A stretch of 64,000 nucleotides of DNA from Octopus vulgaris (GCA_951406725.2 OX597821.1:23002001-23066000); one strand, 5' to 3'. Shown: positions 12,919 to 25,373, counted from the first letter of the stretch. Numbers and translations are program-made. The notes: generated from the letters alone by a model not told the origin.

Positions 12919-13018
12919 CTTGTTTTATTTATATTTCCTGAGCGCCATACTAATACAATTGTTTGTTTGTTTTCCACCTGCCTTCGTCTTTTGTCTATTT
13001 TCATAAAGCTTCCCGTTA

Positions 13019-13072
13019 TATATATATACACATACATATACATACATATACACATATACATACATATATATA

Positions 13073-13148
<76 letters not shown>

Positions 13149-13153
13149 CACAT

Positions 13154-13193
<40 letters not shown>

Positions 13194-13228
13194 GGATGTG
13201 TGTATATATATATATACATATATAATAA
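13019..13228. repeat. (TA)n/(TACA)n microsatellite
   Basis: Seen directly. Confidence 0.95.
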
Positions 13229-13455
13229 TATTAGGAAGTATAACTCCAAACTTACAGGGGAAAATTCAATTTAGTATTAAATCAAATTTCACAATATAAA
13301 TATATAAAATATAAATTAGAGAAAAGAAACACTATTATGTAATTCAAACAATGATAATAATTAACCAAATCATAAATAAAAAATAAGATATTTTTTCTAA
13401 ATAAGTAATAGCTAGATCACAAAAAGTATAAAAATGAATAATCAATATATAAAAA

Positions 13456-13555
13456 AACTAGTACGTTTCGTGGCTGTAATTAAATTCGAATTACAATTAA
13501 ATTTAAATTTAATCGAAAATCAATTCAAATTAAGATTATAGTCACTCTTCAGGTT
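13456..13555 (-). ncRNA. Degenerate hammerhead-like motif
   Basis: Minus strand reads AAC-CTGAAGA-GTGACTATAAT...ATTACAGCCAC-GAAA-CGTAC-TA-GTT. Stem II pairs 9/11; stem III is damaged. Confidence 0.45.
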
Positions 13556-13651
13556 AACAATAATAGTTAAATAAATAAGCAAATAGAGTTAAACAATATT
13601 TATTTTAAAAATAAATAAATAAAATAATATATATATATATACATACAGATA

Positions 13652-13652
13652 A

Positions 13653-13711
<59 letters not shown>
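13652..13711. repeat. (GATA)n microsatellite
   Basis: Seen directly. Confidence 0.95.
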
Positions 13712-13712
<1 letters not shown>

Positions 13713-14024
13713 CTTACATGTTTTATGTTCTTCAAACTGTAGCTACAGACGCTATATTTTTCTTGATTTTAAACAGGTTTTTAGATCTAAGTTGCTGACA
13801 AGATGATAAATATTTATTTTTTGAATATTTATTTTACAAATATTGTTCAAATATAATGGATACATATATGCAAAAGAATTATCCAAATAAATCTCTTTAT
13901 TATATTAAATTACCCAATGGATTTTTAATGAAATGAGCTGATTTAAGATGTAAGATAATTTTTACATAATTCACGACGTTTCCATATTGACTTCCTAAGT
14001 TACGGTTAATTGTTTCATCGAATA

Positions 14025-14106
<82 letters not shown>

Positions 14107-14499
14107 TATGTGGGTACAGGGCGTCACGAAACTTGTACACCAAAAAAGTACGAAACACGAGTACATGGAGCATGAAATATTCTTTCGAACAACCAAAGAC
14201 ACTAATGGAAAACAAAACATAAAGAACGACCCTTCATCAGTTGTTGGCTGTTTGTCTAGTCTCCTATTTCGAGCATTTAACAACAATATACGCTTTCGAT
14301 AAAACAGTTTCTCCAGCAAAGCAAATTAAATAAAATTTGGGATTTTGCAGAGGATCAAAACTGGTAACACAAACAGGACAGTGAAAGCAAACAGGAAGGG
14401 CTGCTAAGCCTAAACGAGGCTGTGGTGGCGAACGCGTGAATCAAGCTACGACAGGAGACAAACAAGAACATGGTGTCTGTTCTAGCTTTTACTCATATC

Positions 14500-14860
14500 A
14501 GCTATTAGACCACGGCCATGCTAGGGCATCGCCTTGAAAAATTTTAAGTCGAACGAATCGACTCCAGTACTTATTTTTAAAGTCTGATATTGATTCTGTC
14601 GCTATCTTTAGCCGAACCGCTAGGTTACGGAACACAGAGTCACTAACATTGGTTGTCAAGTGGTGGTGAAGAACAAACGCAAGCATAAAAACGGAGACAC
14701 ACACACACACACATACGACGGGCTTCTTTCAGTTTCGGTCGACCAAATCCACCCGCAATGCTCTCATTAGTCTGGGGTTATAGCAGAAGAATCCTCCCAA
14801 GGTGCCACCTAGGGGGCTGAACCCGGGACCACGTAGTTGAGATGCAAACTACTTATTACA
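14500..14860 (-). mobile_element. SINE family A, diverged
   Basis: tacgacgggcttctttcagtttc, gccgaaccgctaggttacgg and cccaaggtgcc motifs. Confidence 0.75.
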
Positions 14861-15096
14861 CACTCACACTTTGCTTATGTGTGTGAGTACGTGTGTTTGT
14901 GTGCGTGTGCGTGTGTGTGCATGTGCATGCGCATGTGCGTGGGTACGTGTGCGTGTGTGTGTGTGCGTGTGCGTGTAAGTGTGTGTTTTGTTAGAATAAA
15001 ATATAAAGAGCATAATTAAATCTCAGAATGAGAGAATTTTACTTAAATAAAAAGTCGTTAATAAAGTACTTAAAGAAGATCACATTTCCTGTCAGT

Positions 15097-15169
15097 GGGC
15101 TTGTGGCGCAATGGATAACGCGTCTGACTTCGGATCAGAAGATTCCAGGTTCGAATCCTGGCAAGCTCG
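15097..15169 (+). tRNA. trnR-TCG: tRNA-Arg (anticodon TCG)
   Basis: 73-nt cloverleaf: acceptor GGGCTTG/CAAGCTC, anticodon arm TCTGA-CT TCG GA-TCAGA, T arm CCAGG-TTCGAAT-CCTGG. A and B boxes intact; T-run terminator at 15175-15181. Confidence 0.95.
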
Positions 15170-15181
15170 GATTATTTTTTT

Positions 15182-15565
15182 AGGCGCAGAGGTGGCTGTG
15201 TGGTAAGTACCAACCACATGGTTCCGGGTTCATTCCTACTGCGTGGCACCTTGGGCAAGTGTCTTCTACCTTAGCCTCGGGCCGACCAAAACCTTGTGAG
15301 TGGATTTGGTAGACCGAAACTGAAAGAAGCCCGTCGTATATATGCATGTGTGTATATATGTTTGTGTGTCTCTGTTTGTCCCCCCAACATCGCTTGACAC
15401 CTGGTGGTGGTGTGTTTACGTCCCCGTAACTTTGCGGTTCGGGAAAAGAGACCCATAGAATAAGTACTAGGCTTAGAAAGAATAAGTCCTGGGGTCGATT
15501 TGCTCGACTACAGGCGGTGCTCCAGCATGGCCGCAGTCAAATGACTGAAACAAGTAAAAGAGAAA
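15182..15565 (+). mobile_element. SINE family A
   Basis: Full-length match to 4688-5105, starting immediately after the tRNA-Arg terminator. Confidence 0.9.
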
Positions 15566-15802
15566 TAAAAGAGAAAAATAACTTTACGTTAAAACAAAAG
15601 TTACAAATTTATTATTCTTTAACAAGTATAGTACCGAAGGTGACTCCGATGTTTCGACCAGCTAACTCATCATCGGAGCGTCCGATGATGGCTAGCCGTC
15701 GGCGATACCTGGGAATTTTAATCTTGTTTATAACTGAGGTAGAGCAAGTCGGTCGTATTTATAAATTTTATAAATGTCAGTTATTCGTATTCCTACATAG
15801 AA

Positions 15803-16365
15803 AAGAGCCCCTTCGGTCATGAATGACCATGGGATTGCACCTAGAAATTTCGGTACTACTTAAATACAGAAGTCATTCTTAAATATAGAGGTCCCGACGC
15901 ATCTACGTAATGATATAAATGGGAGGTAACCCTAACCCTAAAAATTAACCCCGAAAGTAGCCCTAAACCTAAAACTTACCCTATCCCTAATCCTAACCCT
16001 AAAAACTAACCCTTAAAGGAACCCTAACCCTAACGAGTGTGCACTGTTCGGGACCTCTGTATTTAAGTAGTGCCGAAAGTTCCCCTCCGAGGCACAAGAC
16101 AGGTAAAGTTGTTTAATGGAAGGCCAGCACACCAGACTCCCATGCACAACCAGCCTCCTCTTGTTATCCAAGTGGAAGGCAAAGGGGCCGATGCAGCTTG
16201 GAACCGGTGACGTCGCAACTCATTTCTACAGCTGAGTGAACTGGAGCAACGTGAAAGAGAGAAAGTCTTGCTCAAGAACACAACACTCACCAGGTCCGTG
16301 AATTGAACTCACTACCTCATGATCGTGAGCCCGACGCTCTAACCACTGAGCCATGCGCCTTCACT
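15803..16365 (-). mobile_element. SINE-like element (fourth family) interrupted by a MITE
   Basis: tRNA-like head on the minus strand (plus strand reads ctctaaccactgagccatgcgccttcac at ~16338-16365). Body is split at 15848-16078. Confidence 0.6.
15848..16078. mobile_element. MITE-like element with inverted termini and internal degenerate (CCCTAA)n repeats
   Basis: TTTCGGTACTACTTAAATACAGA / TCTGTATTTAAGTAGTGCCGAAA. Telomere-like repeats at 15928-16034. Confidence 0.75.
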
Positions 16366-16744
16366 ACAGTAACATAGCCTCCGTTGTTACCGCAAATGCG
16401 AGAACTTACTTTTAAAAAGAAAAAACAAAAAAAATGTTGATGGCCTAAATTTATATCGGTTTAGAGAGAGTAGTGATGTGGTAGGGGGAGTATATAGTGG
16501 AAAGGGAGTGTTGATGTTTGAATGAAGCGAGTAGAAAGTGAGCTGGTAAGGTGGAAGACGGAGGGGGACGGAGAATAAGGAAGCGAAAGGAAAGGAGGGA
16601 GAGGAGGGTGAATACGGCGGCGGCGGCGGCGAATGTTTGAATGAAGAGCAGTTGGTGGGTGGAGGAGAGGGGAGAGTATTATTTACCAAGTTAGTCTCTC
16701 GCAACTCACACCTGTTACGACGTCCATTCACCGTCATCACCTTC

Positions 16745-16773
16745 ATTCATCATCGCTGTCATCGTCATCGTTG

Positions 16774-16812
<39 letters not shown>

Positions 16813-17040
16813 CCACCATCGTCGCCTTTGTTGTAGTTGCAGTCATCATCATCGTTGTCGTTGTCACCACCACTACCACCGCAAGCAGTCGTGGTGGTCA
16901 TGATCAAAAAATCGTCGTCGTCGTTACCACCACCACCACCACACCACCACCACCACCACCACCACCACCACCACCATCATTATCATCATCGTCATCATCA
17001 TCATCGTCATCATCATCAACACCACTCTCTTCATTATTAT
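16745..17040. repeat. (CAT)n/(CAC)n compound trinucleotide repeat
   Basis: Seen directly. Source of the poly-His ORFs. Confidence 0.9.
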
Positions 17041-17050
17041 TAATGACGGA

Positions 17051-17870
17051 AGGCGGCGAGCTGGCAGAGACATTAGCACGCCGGGCGAAATGCGTAGCCG
17101 TATTTCATCTGCCGCTACGTTCTGAGTTCAAATTCCGCCGAGGTCGACTTTGCCTTCCATCCTTTCGTGGTCGATTAAATAAGTACCAGTTACGCACTGG
17201 GGTCGATATAATCGACATAATCCGTTTATCTGTCCTTGTTTGTCCTTTCTGTGTTTAGTCCCTTGTGGGTAGTAAAGAAACAGGTATTTCGTCTGCCGTT
17301 ACGTTCTGAGTTCAAATTCCGATAAATTAAGTACCAGTTGCATTCTGAGGTTGATCTAATCGACTGGGCCCCTTCCCCCAAAATTTCGGTCCTTGTGCCT
17401 AGAATAGAAAAGATTTTTAATAACGAACAAGGCAGCGAGTTGGCAGAATCGATAGCACGCCGGGCGAAATGTTTAGCGGTATTTCATCTGTCTCCGTGTT
17501 CTGAGTTCAAATGCCGCCAGTGTCGACTTTGCCTTTCATCCTTTCGGGGTCGATAAATTAAGTACCAGTTACACACTGGGGTCAATTCAATCGACTGCTC
17601 CCCTCCCCCGAAAATTCAAGCCTTGTGCCTATAGTAGAAAGGATTATTGCTAATGGGAATGAGCTGGTAGAATTGTTAGCGCGTTGGACAAAATGCTTAG
17701 CAGCATTTCGTTCTGTTTTACATTCTGAGTTCAAATTCCGCTGATGTCAACACTTTGCTCTTCTTACTTTCGAAGTCGATGAAATAAGTACCATTTGAGT
17801 ATTGAGGGTCGATGTAATCGACTCGTCCTGCCCCCAAATTTTCAGGGCCTGTGTCTATAGCAAATAGATT
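17051..17870 (+). mobile_element. Head-to-tail cluster of family B SINEs
   Basis: Heads at ~17051, ~17430 and ~17655 with repeated cores of increasing divergence. Confidence 0.85.
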
Positions 17871-18202
17871 ATGTTTTTCTCCGTAACCCTTTAAATTTGT
17901 AATTTTTAATTGTTTATATTTTATGAAATATCCCCAACATTATTTTTCAACAAAACTACCTATAGTAAAATAGCAAATAATGAACACGGAGAGCTTCTTA
18001 CAATAAGGGAAAAGGGAAAGTTATGCAACAATTTATATATTTCAAGCACACAAGCACACGAGAAGTGAACGGTTCAAAGAAATCTAAGTTTTCGTAGATC
18101 TTGCCATGCTGGTTGTCCCTACAAGCAGTGAGTCTGTTTGTTCGTGTCCTGCTGGTTGTAGCAACGGTATGGTTGTATCGAAATGTTGAACTTCGTGCAA
18201 CC

Positions 18203-18406
18203 TATTTCTTTACTACCCACAAGGGGCTAAACACAGAGGGGACAAACAAGGACAGACAAACGGATCAAGTCAATTACATTGGCCCCAGTGCGTAACTGGT
18301 ACTTAATTTATCGACCCCGAAAGGATGAAAGGCAAAGTCGACCTCGGCGGAATTTGAACTCAGAACGTAACGGCAGACGAAATACGGCTACGCATTTCGC
18401 CCGGCG
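18203..18406 (-). mobile_element. SINE family B
   Basis: Reverse-complement core and tail (tttctttactacccacaaggggctaaac). Confidence 0.85.
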
Positions 18407-18985
18407 CAACCATCCAACCATACCAATTCGCCTTCTCTTCCACCATTCTACATATTCATATTGTTCTCTATTCCGTCTCCTCCTCAAATAGCACATTACT
18501 CTCTTTAATGAAAGGAAGGACCTACCGAAGAATATAGTATTAGGAGTATTAATTCTTAATAGCAAACGGGAGGATCAAGACATGAACAACTTTTCATGAT
18601 AGGGCCTAGTTGATGAGGGCTGTAGGTAAGACATCAACAGCAACAACAGGAAGAGTAGAACCAATACATTGGCTCACCTACATATACACAGACGCACAGA
18701 GTCGCACCTCTTGGCATAGCGCCAATTCTTCGCTGTGATTATGTTGAAGATGATGATAATAATGATGATGACGATGCTGATAAAGTTTGTGTGTGTGAGT
18801 ATGTATGTATGTGTGTGGCTGTGTGCGTGCAGGTGGGAATAAGAGAGCAGGTATGCGTGCATGCGCGTGCGCCTGTGTTTGAGTCGGATTGAGGGCGCGG
18901 TTTCAGGATGGAAATGGAAACATGAGTGAGTGAATAGGTGAGTGTGTATATATAGATGTATGTATATTCCTATATATATATATAT

Positions 18986-19070
<85 letters not shown>

Positions 19071-19361
19071 TACGCATATCTTATACATATATCAATACAC
19101 ATACCTATATGTGTACATGCGCGTGTGTGTGTGTGTGTCTGTGTCAGTGTGTAAGATAAATATGTATATACAGTTATATACGTACATTTTAATTTATATA
19201 CACACACATAAACCCCCACCTATTGCACTCACCCTCGTTTCCATTTCCACCCTGAAGCCGCGCCCTCACTCAGCCTCACACACAGGCGCACGCGCTCTCG
19301 TATTGCCACTTTCACACACACATTTATATAAATATATATATGTCTATGCTAAGTATATATA

Positions 19362-19588
19362 TCATCATCATCATCGTTTAACGTCCGCTTTCCATGCTAG
19401 CATGGGTTGGACGGTTCAACTGGGGTCTGGGGAGCCCGAAGGCTGACCAGGCCAGTCAGATCTGGCAGTGTTTCTACAGCTGGATGCCCTTCCTAACGCC
19501 AACCACTCCGAGAGTGTAGTGGGTGATTTTATGTGCCACCGACACAGGTGCCAGACGAGGCTGGCGAACGGCCACGCTCGGATGGTGT
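19362..19588 (-). mobile_element. RTE-like LINE/SINE 3' tail fragment
   Basis: (CAT)n tail, then cgtttaacgtccgctttcc and ggatgcccttcctaacgccaacc, which recall RTE-associated 3' ends. Confidence 0.55.
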
Positions 19589-19886
19589 CGATAAATTAAG
19601 TACCAGTTACGCACTGGGGTCGATGTAATCGACTTAATACCTATGTCTGTCCTTGTTTGTCCCCTCTGTGTTTAGCTCCTTATGGGTAATAAAGAAATAG
19701 GTATTTCGTCTGCGTTATGTTGTGAGTTCGAATTCCGCCGAGGTCGACTTTGCCTTTCATCCTTTCGGGGTCGATAAATTAAGTACCAGTTACGCACTGG
19801 GGGCGATGTAATCGACTTAATACCTATGTCTGTCCTTGTTTGTCCACTCTATGTTTAGCCCCTTGTGGGTAATAAAGAAATAGGTA
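19587..19886 (+). mobile_element. SINE family B, duplicated 3' part
   Basis: Two tandem core/tail copies. Confidence 0.85.
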
Positions 19887-20432
19887 TGATGTGTCTAGTG
19901 CAGTCGCGCTTGCAACTTCCTGGTGAAGTGAGAGGCAACCCAGTCTGCGAGTCTTCCTTGCAAATAGGCGGCCTGTCCCTCACTAAGACTGTTGCCAATT
20001 ATATCCCTGTTCACACTCGATATCTCTGTGCTTTCTCGCCACAGGCTAACTTGACAGAACTCCCTTGATCAGCAGTTGGTTCCAAAGAACAGTGTGCAGA
20101 CCTACACCGTGTTTATACGTCCTGTCACTGAGCAATCACACTGTGTAACAAAATATTTATTATTTGTTTGTCTTTGATCAGTGAGTGTCATTTCCCATTT
20201 GCTTCTATTTAGAAATCAAAAGGAAATGACTAATATTCCCTTCAAATTTTGCTCTTGTGATCTGGGCATCAATGTTTTGAAACAACTATTTTCCATTACA
20301 TTTCAGACAGATTCAGCACTGAGTTGCTGAAGCAGAAATATCATCATAATAAATATTCTGCTCCATACCGCAGATTCACTTGTCAGTTGCTTGACCGTAA
20401 CCAATTGAACATGTCCCATATTGACTAACACT

Positions 20433-20817
20433 GTGGAGGCGCAATGGCCCAGTGGTTAGGGCAGCGGACTCGCGGTCATAGGATCGCGGTTTCGATTCCC
20501 AGACCGGGCGTTGTGAGTGTTTATTGAGCAAAAACACCTAAAGCTCCACGAGGCTCCGGCAGGGGATGGTGGTGATCCCTGCTGTACTCTTTCACCACAA
20601 CTTTCTCTCACTCTTACTTCCTGTTTCTGTTGTACCTGTATTTCAAGGGGCCGGCCTTGTCACTCTCTGTGTCACGCTAAATATCCCCGTGAACTACGTT
20701 AAGGGTACACGTGTCTGTGGAGTGCTCAGCCACTTACACGTTAATTTCACGAGCAGGCTGTTCCGTTGATTCGGATCAACCGGAACCCTCGTCGTCGTAA
20801 CCGACGGAGTGCTTCCA
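20433..20817 (+). mobile_element. SINE family C (tRNA-like head)
   Basis: GGAGGCGCAATGGCCCAGTGGTTAGGGCAGCGGACTCGCGG...TTCGATTCCC. Flanked by the direct repeat ATTGACTAACA. Near-identical inverted copy at 48301-48638. Confidence 0.9.
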
Positions 20818-21869
20818 TCCATTGACTAACAATATGTGCATCTCTGATTATGAGCTGGAATAGTGGGGCAGTATCATAGCCATGTGTTGAGAGGGATTCT
20901 TTGGGGTTTGAATAAATGTAACAAAAGTAAAGTTTGGAGGAAATATTACCCGTTTTTCATAGTTTCTAGGGGTAAACAAATAGGAAATAACAGTTGCTGC
21001 CCAAGGACAAAAATCGTGTTACACAGTGTTATTGCTACCTTGTGAATGTGACCAGGAAGACAAGGGCTAAGGGAGTACACCAAGTGAAAAACAAGCTGAT
21101 TGGGTCAGTTTTAAAGTGGTTTCTTACAGACTTGATTGACCGCAGCCTCCTGAAGCTGGGAAAAAGTATCAGTTGTCTTAGATTATCACTAGATCGATCC
21201 TCTTCACAACAAAGACAATGGTTTCAAATTCTGGCACAAAGCCAGTAACTCTGTGGAAGGGGGTAAGTCGAATTACATCGACCCCAATGCTCAACTGGTT
21301 GTTATTTTATCTGCTCCGAAAGGACGAAATGTAAAGGAGACCTCGTGCTTACGATTCTGCCAGATCGCAGCAAAGATATAGATTCTGGGAAAAGTGAGGG
21401 ACGACGAGCTGGCAGACTCATTACCTTGCTGCTTAAAATGCTTAGCGGTATTTCATCTGTCTTTACTTTCTGAGTACAAATTCCGCTTAGGACGACTTTG
21501 CGTTTCATGCTCTCGGGGCCGATAAAATAAGGACCTCCCCTGTAAATGTTGATATGGGGAAAACTTATATTGGGATAAGTGCACCCTCAGCGCCATTGAA
21601 AAACTTTATTGTCTTGGTATCTCCTCTTGTAATGTGGATTATCGATACAAGATATCAAGGATGGTCGTTGTCATTGCAGTCAATGGTCGGGGACTCATGC
21701 CTATATGCCATGATGAAACAACCAACACTTCCGTAGTTCCATTGTTCGTATAAGTACATGGTAGGTGTAGCATGGGTGGGTGATAGCTGCCACGATTCTT
21801 CAGTCGCCTGTTCGACTGCATCATCCGTCGGCGTTGATCTTTTAACTCTTTACTTACTCTTTTTTTTTA

Positions 21870-22275
21870 CTCTTTTTACTTGTTTCAGTCATTTGACTGC
21901 GGCCATGCTAGAGCACCGCCTTTAGTCGAGCAAATCGACCCCGGAACATATTCTTTGTAAGCCCAGTACTTATTCTATCGGTCTCTTTTGCCGAACCGCT
22001 AAGGAACGGGGACATAAACACACCAGCATCGGTTGTCAAGCAATGCTAGGGGGACAAACACAGACGCACAAACACATACGCACACATATATATATATGTA
22101 TATACATATATACGACAGGCTTCTTTCAGTTTCCGTCTACCAAATCCACTCACAAGGCATTGGTCGGCCCGGGGCTATAGCAGAAGACACTTGCCCAAGA
22201 TGCCACGCAGTGGGACTGAACCCGGAACCATGTGGTTGGTTAGCAAGCTACATACCACACAGCCACTCCTGCGCC
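21870..22275 (-). mobile_element. SINE family A, full length
   Basis: Reverse complement of 4688-5105. Confidence 0.9.
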
Positions 22276-22669
22276 TTGTTCAAAGCATTTTCATAAGCCT
22301 GTCTTAAACGTTCATGCTTGATTTCGGACTTTTTCCAGAATACAAGCCGATGTGTGAATATTGTGTGAGTATGTAGTGTAATCATTCAATCATCACCCTT
22401 ATATATCCGAATCCTGCTACTTTTCACTTTGAATTTTTCGTCCGCTTAAGTCGTTTCGGTGTCTAAGTCTGCCAGTTTTGGTTTTAAACTTTGCCCTGAA
22501 AAATTCGACTTGTATGCTGGAAAATATTATAGCTTTTGTTTGATAATAGTAAAATAAAGCTTTTCTTTTCAAAGTCCCAATTTGCTTTTGTGGTTGAAAA
22601 AGCTGGAAAAGTGAAGCATATATGATGCGTTGACGTCAGGGAGATAGGTCCTGTGCATGACATGTGATA

Positions 22670-22818
22670 TACAGGACCTATCTCTTTTTTTAAAACCTGA
22701 CAATATTCTGTCGGTCTCTTGTGTCGTACCGTTAAGTCACGGGGACGTAAATACACTAACACTGGTTGTCAAGCGGTTAATAGGGGACACAGTCACAAAC
22801 ACACACATACACCCCCCC

Positions 22819-22871
<53 letters not shown>

Positions 22872-23036
22872 GACAGTCTTCTTTCAGTTTCCGTCTACCA
22901 AATCCACTCACAAGGCTTTGGTCGGCCCGAGGCTATAGTAGAAGATATTTGCCCAAGGTGCCACGGAGTGGGACTGAATCCGGAATCCTGTGGTTGGTAA
23001 AAAAGCTACTAACCACCACCCCCACTCCTGCGCCTA
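22670..23036 (-). mobile_element. SINE family A
   Basis: Reverse-complement match, head-to-head with the 5' half copy at 23096-23260. Confidence 0.85.
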
Positions 23037-23095
23037 TATATATATGCATGCATATACACACATGCATATATATATATACATACATATATAAATAC

Positions 23096-23260
23096 AGGTG
23101 CAGGCGTGGCTGTGTAGTAAGAAGCTTGCTTCCCAACCACAATGGTTCTGGGTTCAGTCCCACTGCGTGGCACCTTGGGCAAGTGTCTTCTACTATAGTC
23201 TCGAGCTGACAAAGCCTTGTGAGTGGATTTGGTAGACGGAAACTGAAAGAAGCCTGTCGA
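23096..23260 (+). mobile_element. SINE family A, 5' half
   Basis: Head through ggaaactgaaagaagcctgtcg. Confidence 0.85.
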
Positions 23261-23320
23261 ATATACATGTGTATATATATATCTATTTATACATACATAC
23301 ATATATATACATATATATAT

Positions 23321-23389
<69 letters not shown>

Positions 23390-23392
<3 letters not shown>

Positions 23393-25043
23393 TATTATAA
23401 AAGGCAGATTTTATCTGCCTCCCTTTGTAACTTATAGAAATCTACAATATAGGATTTCTTCAATTACAATTTACCTAGTAGAATGCATCGGGTCATGCCA
23501 GGTCCAGTTTTTAAAATTTAAACTCCAATTAAGCAAAATTTACAGAAAACTCACATTCTGGTGTGTATGTCAAATGCTTTTCTTAATGTGGTTTACACCA
23601 CACGCACACGCACACACACAGTGTGCAACGAATAAAATGAAAGTAAATAGCGACAGAGTGATTTCAGGAAGACTAAACTGAAAGTATTTAAACCACTACT
23701 CAAAAAATAAAAAAACACAGCAAACAGAAACAAATAAATACATAACGATTTACTCCTCACACAATTTCTTCAATTAGAGTTTACCTAAGATTTTTCAAAG
23801 TACTCCATTCGGTCATGCCATAATATATTTCTTTCAATTTCACCCCCAATTAAGACAAAATTCGAGAAAACTCAATATTTTAACATTTCACTCCGAAAGC
23901 ATTGATGTACATGTGTGCGTGCGTGAGTGTGTGTGTGTGTGTGTGTGTTGTGTTTGATGGGTTGTACGACACAGAAAGTGTGGTGTGTAAGTGAAGTGCT
24001 TTTGTTAGTGTGTGTAAAGAGACAGACAGAGTGAAAGACAGAAATAACTGAACTTTTTTTATTCACTTTTTGTAGTGAGTGACTGAGAGAGAAAAGAGAG
24101 AGAGAGGTTATGTATGTATATATGTATGTATGGCTTCAGTGACACACACACACAAAAACAAATACCTACGTACACCTAAAGCACGCACACACACACACAC
24201 AAGCGGAGCGCGAACTTCAAAATTTTGGTAGTATTAATTTGCGAGCGTACTTCTAAGCGCGCGTAATTGAAAGTTTTCACTATGATATCATCACGTGCGA
24301 AAAAATTCGAAGGGTTTTGAACAATTGAGATACACATGTCACGCCTGTATTGAAACCATTGCTAAGCTGCCGTAATTGCTTAATTAAGACTTTGTTTAAA
24401 TTGAAAGGGGCAAATATGTGACGAGGTTGAAAAAAAATACCCCAGAAAAAAAAATGTACTGCTGGTATTTATATAATTCACTACTATTTTGCTACAATGT
24501 CATGAAAAAGAAAAAATTTAGGTATGTAAATCGAATTCGCCACCCCCTTTTCCCCGTTCGCGTTTTTGTAAAAAAAATTATTATTTAAGTTTTTAAAATT
24601 ATTTACTTTGTTCAAAAAATATTAATATTAATTAATTTTCAAGAATTATTTAATTTTATTCTGTAAAATAGTAATTAATTCATTTATCTGTAAATCCGCG
24701 AGGTTGTTACTCAGGCACCTAGAATGGTAACCTTCAACTAACACTATCTCCTCCGAGACCCTGCGGCGCAAGTTGACCAAAATTTAGAGTATGGTAGAAG
24801 AAGGGTTGCTCTTCCTTCCGTAGAACATAAAATTCAAATCGGACCATGTTAACACCAAAAATTATTTACATCAAAAAGATGCTTTTTTCTATGAAAATCC
24901 CTATTTTTTACGATTTTTTCACTGCTGTGTCGCCACTTTTCGGTGTATTTCGACCAGAAAAATGTTCACAAAATTTTTACTTTTCAAAATTACAATTCCA
25001 GCGGGTCGAAACAAACCCGAGCAACGCCGGGCGATACTGCTAG
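23390..25043 (+). mobile_element. Non-autonomous Helitron (~1.65 kb)
   Basis: 5' TCTTATTATAAAAG; 3' hairpin CCCGAGCAACGCCGGG followed by CGATACTG-CTAG. Inserted between A and T in (TA)n with no TSD. Same 3' end as 38043-38426 and 44151-44455. Confidence 0.75.
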
Positions 25044-25247
25044 TATATATATATATATATATATATATACTACAAAATTAGAAAATGGAGAAACATACTT
25101 AAATCAATAAAACATCAACTATCAGATGATACCCAATCAATACTTTATTACACCATTACATTTCAGTAAAGGCATTATACAAAATATACAGTAAATGTAA
25201 ATAGACAAAGAGATATAAGTATAAAATTTCAAATATAATATGTAATT

Positions 25248-25373
25248 AAATCAAATCTGACAGCTGTTTCGGCAGCGAGGGCAGTCATACCTCATTTAAC
25301 CTATAATCCATAAAGGCAGGTATAAATGAGGCATTAACAAGGATGCCCCACGGCCTCTTCAGAGAATTAAATT
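25248..25373 (-). ncRNA. Type I hammerhead ribozyme with a long stem II
   Basis: Minus strand: TCT-CTGAAGA-GGC..GGGCA..ATGCCTCATTTA..ACCT/AGGT..TAAATGAGGTAT..TGCCC..GCC-GAAA-CAGCTG-TC-AGA. Canonical core and GUC cleavage triplet. Confidence 0.8.

Larger units (their letters stand above)
9934..13018 (+). mobile_element. Penelope-like retroelement (Neptune-type), 5'-truncated
   Basis: RT and GIY-YIG coding region, then a pyrimidine tract, tandem repeats and a hammerhead-bearing tail ending at (TA)n. Markedly C-rich relative to its flanks. Confidence 0.88.

Noticed and set aside
14170-14245. CTGATGAA-GGG...TTC-GAAA on the minus strand
   Set aside because: Stem II is mostly G-U pairs and stem I is poor, so it is noted only as a weak candidate and not called as a feature.
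15928-16034. True telomere or chromosome-fusion scar
   Set aside because: Short, degenerate and enclosed by MITE-like inverted termini.
16637-17043. Poly-His and poly-Pro ORFs suggesting a transcription-factor exon
   Set aside because: Compound (CAT)/(CAC) microsatellite with no splice or domain evidence.
20433-20510. tRNA-like sequence at the heads of family C, A and B repeats
   Set aside because: No complete acceptor stem, and each continues into a SINE body with a TSD, so these are SINE heads.
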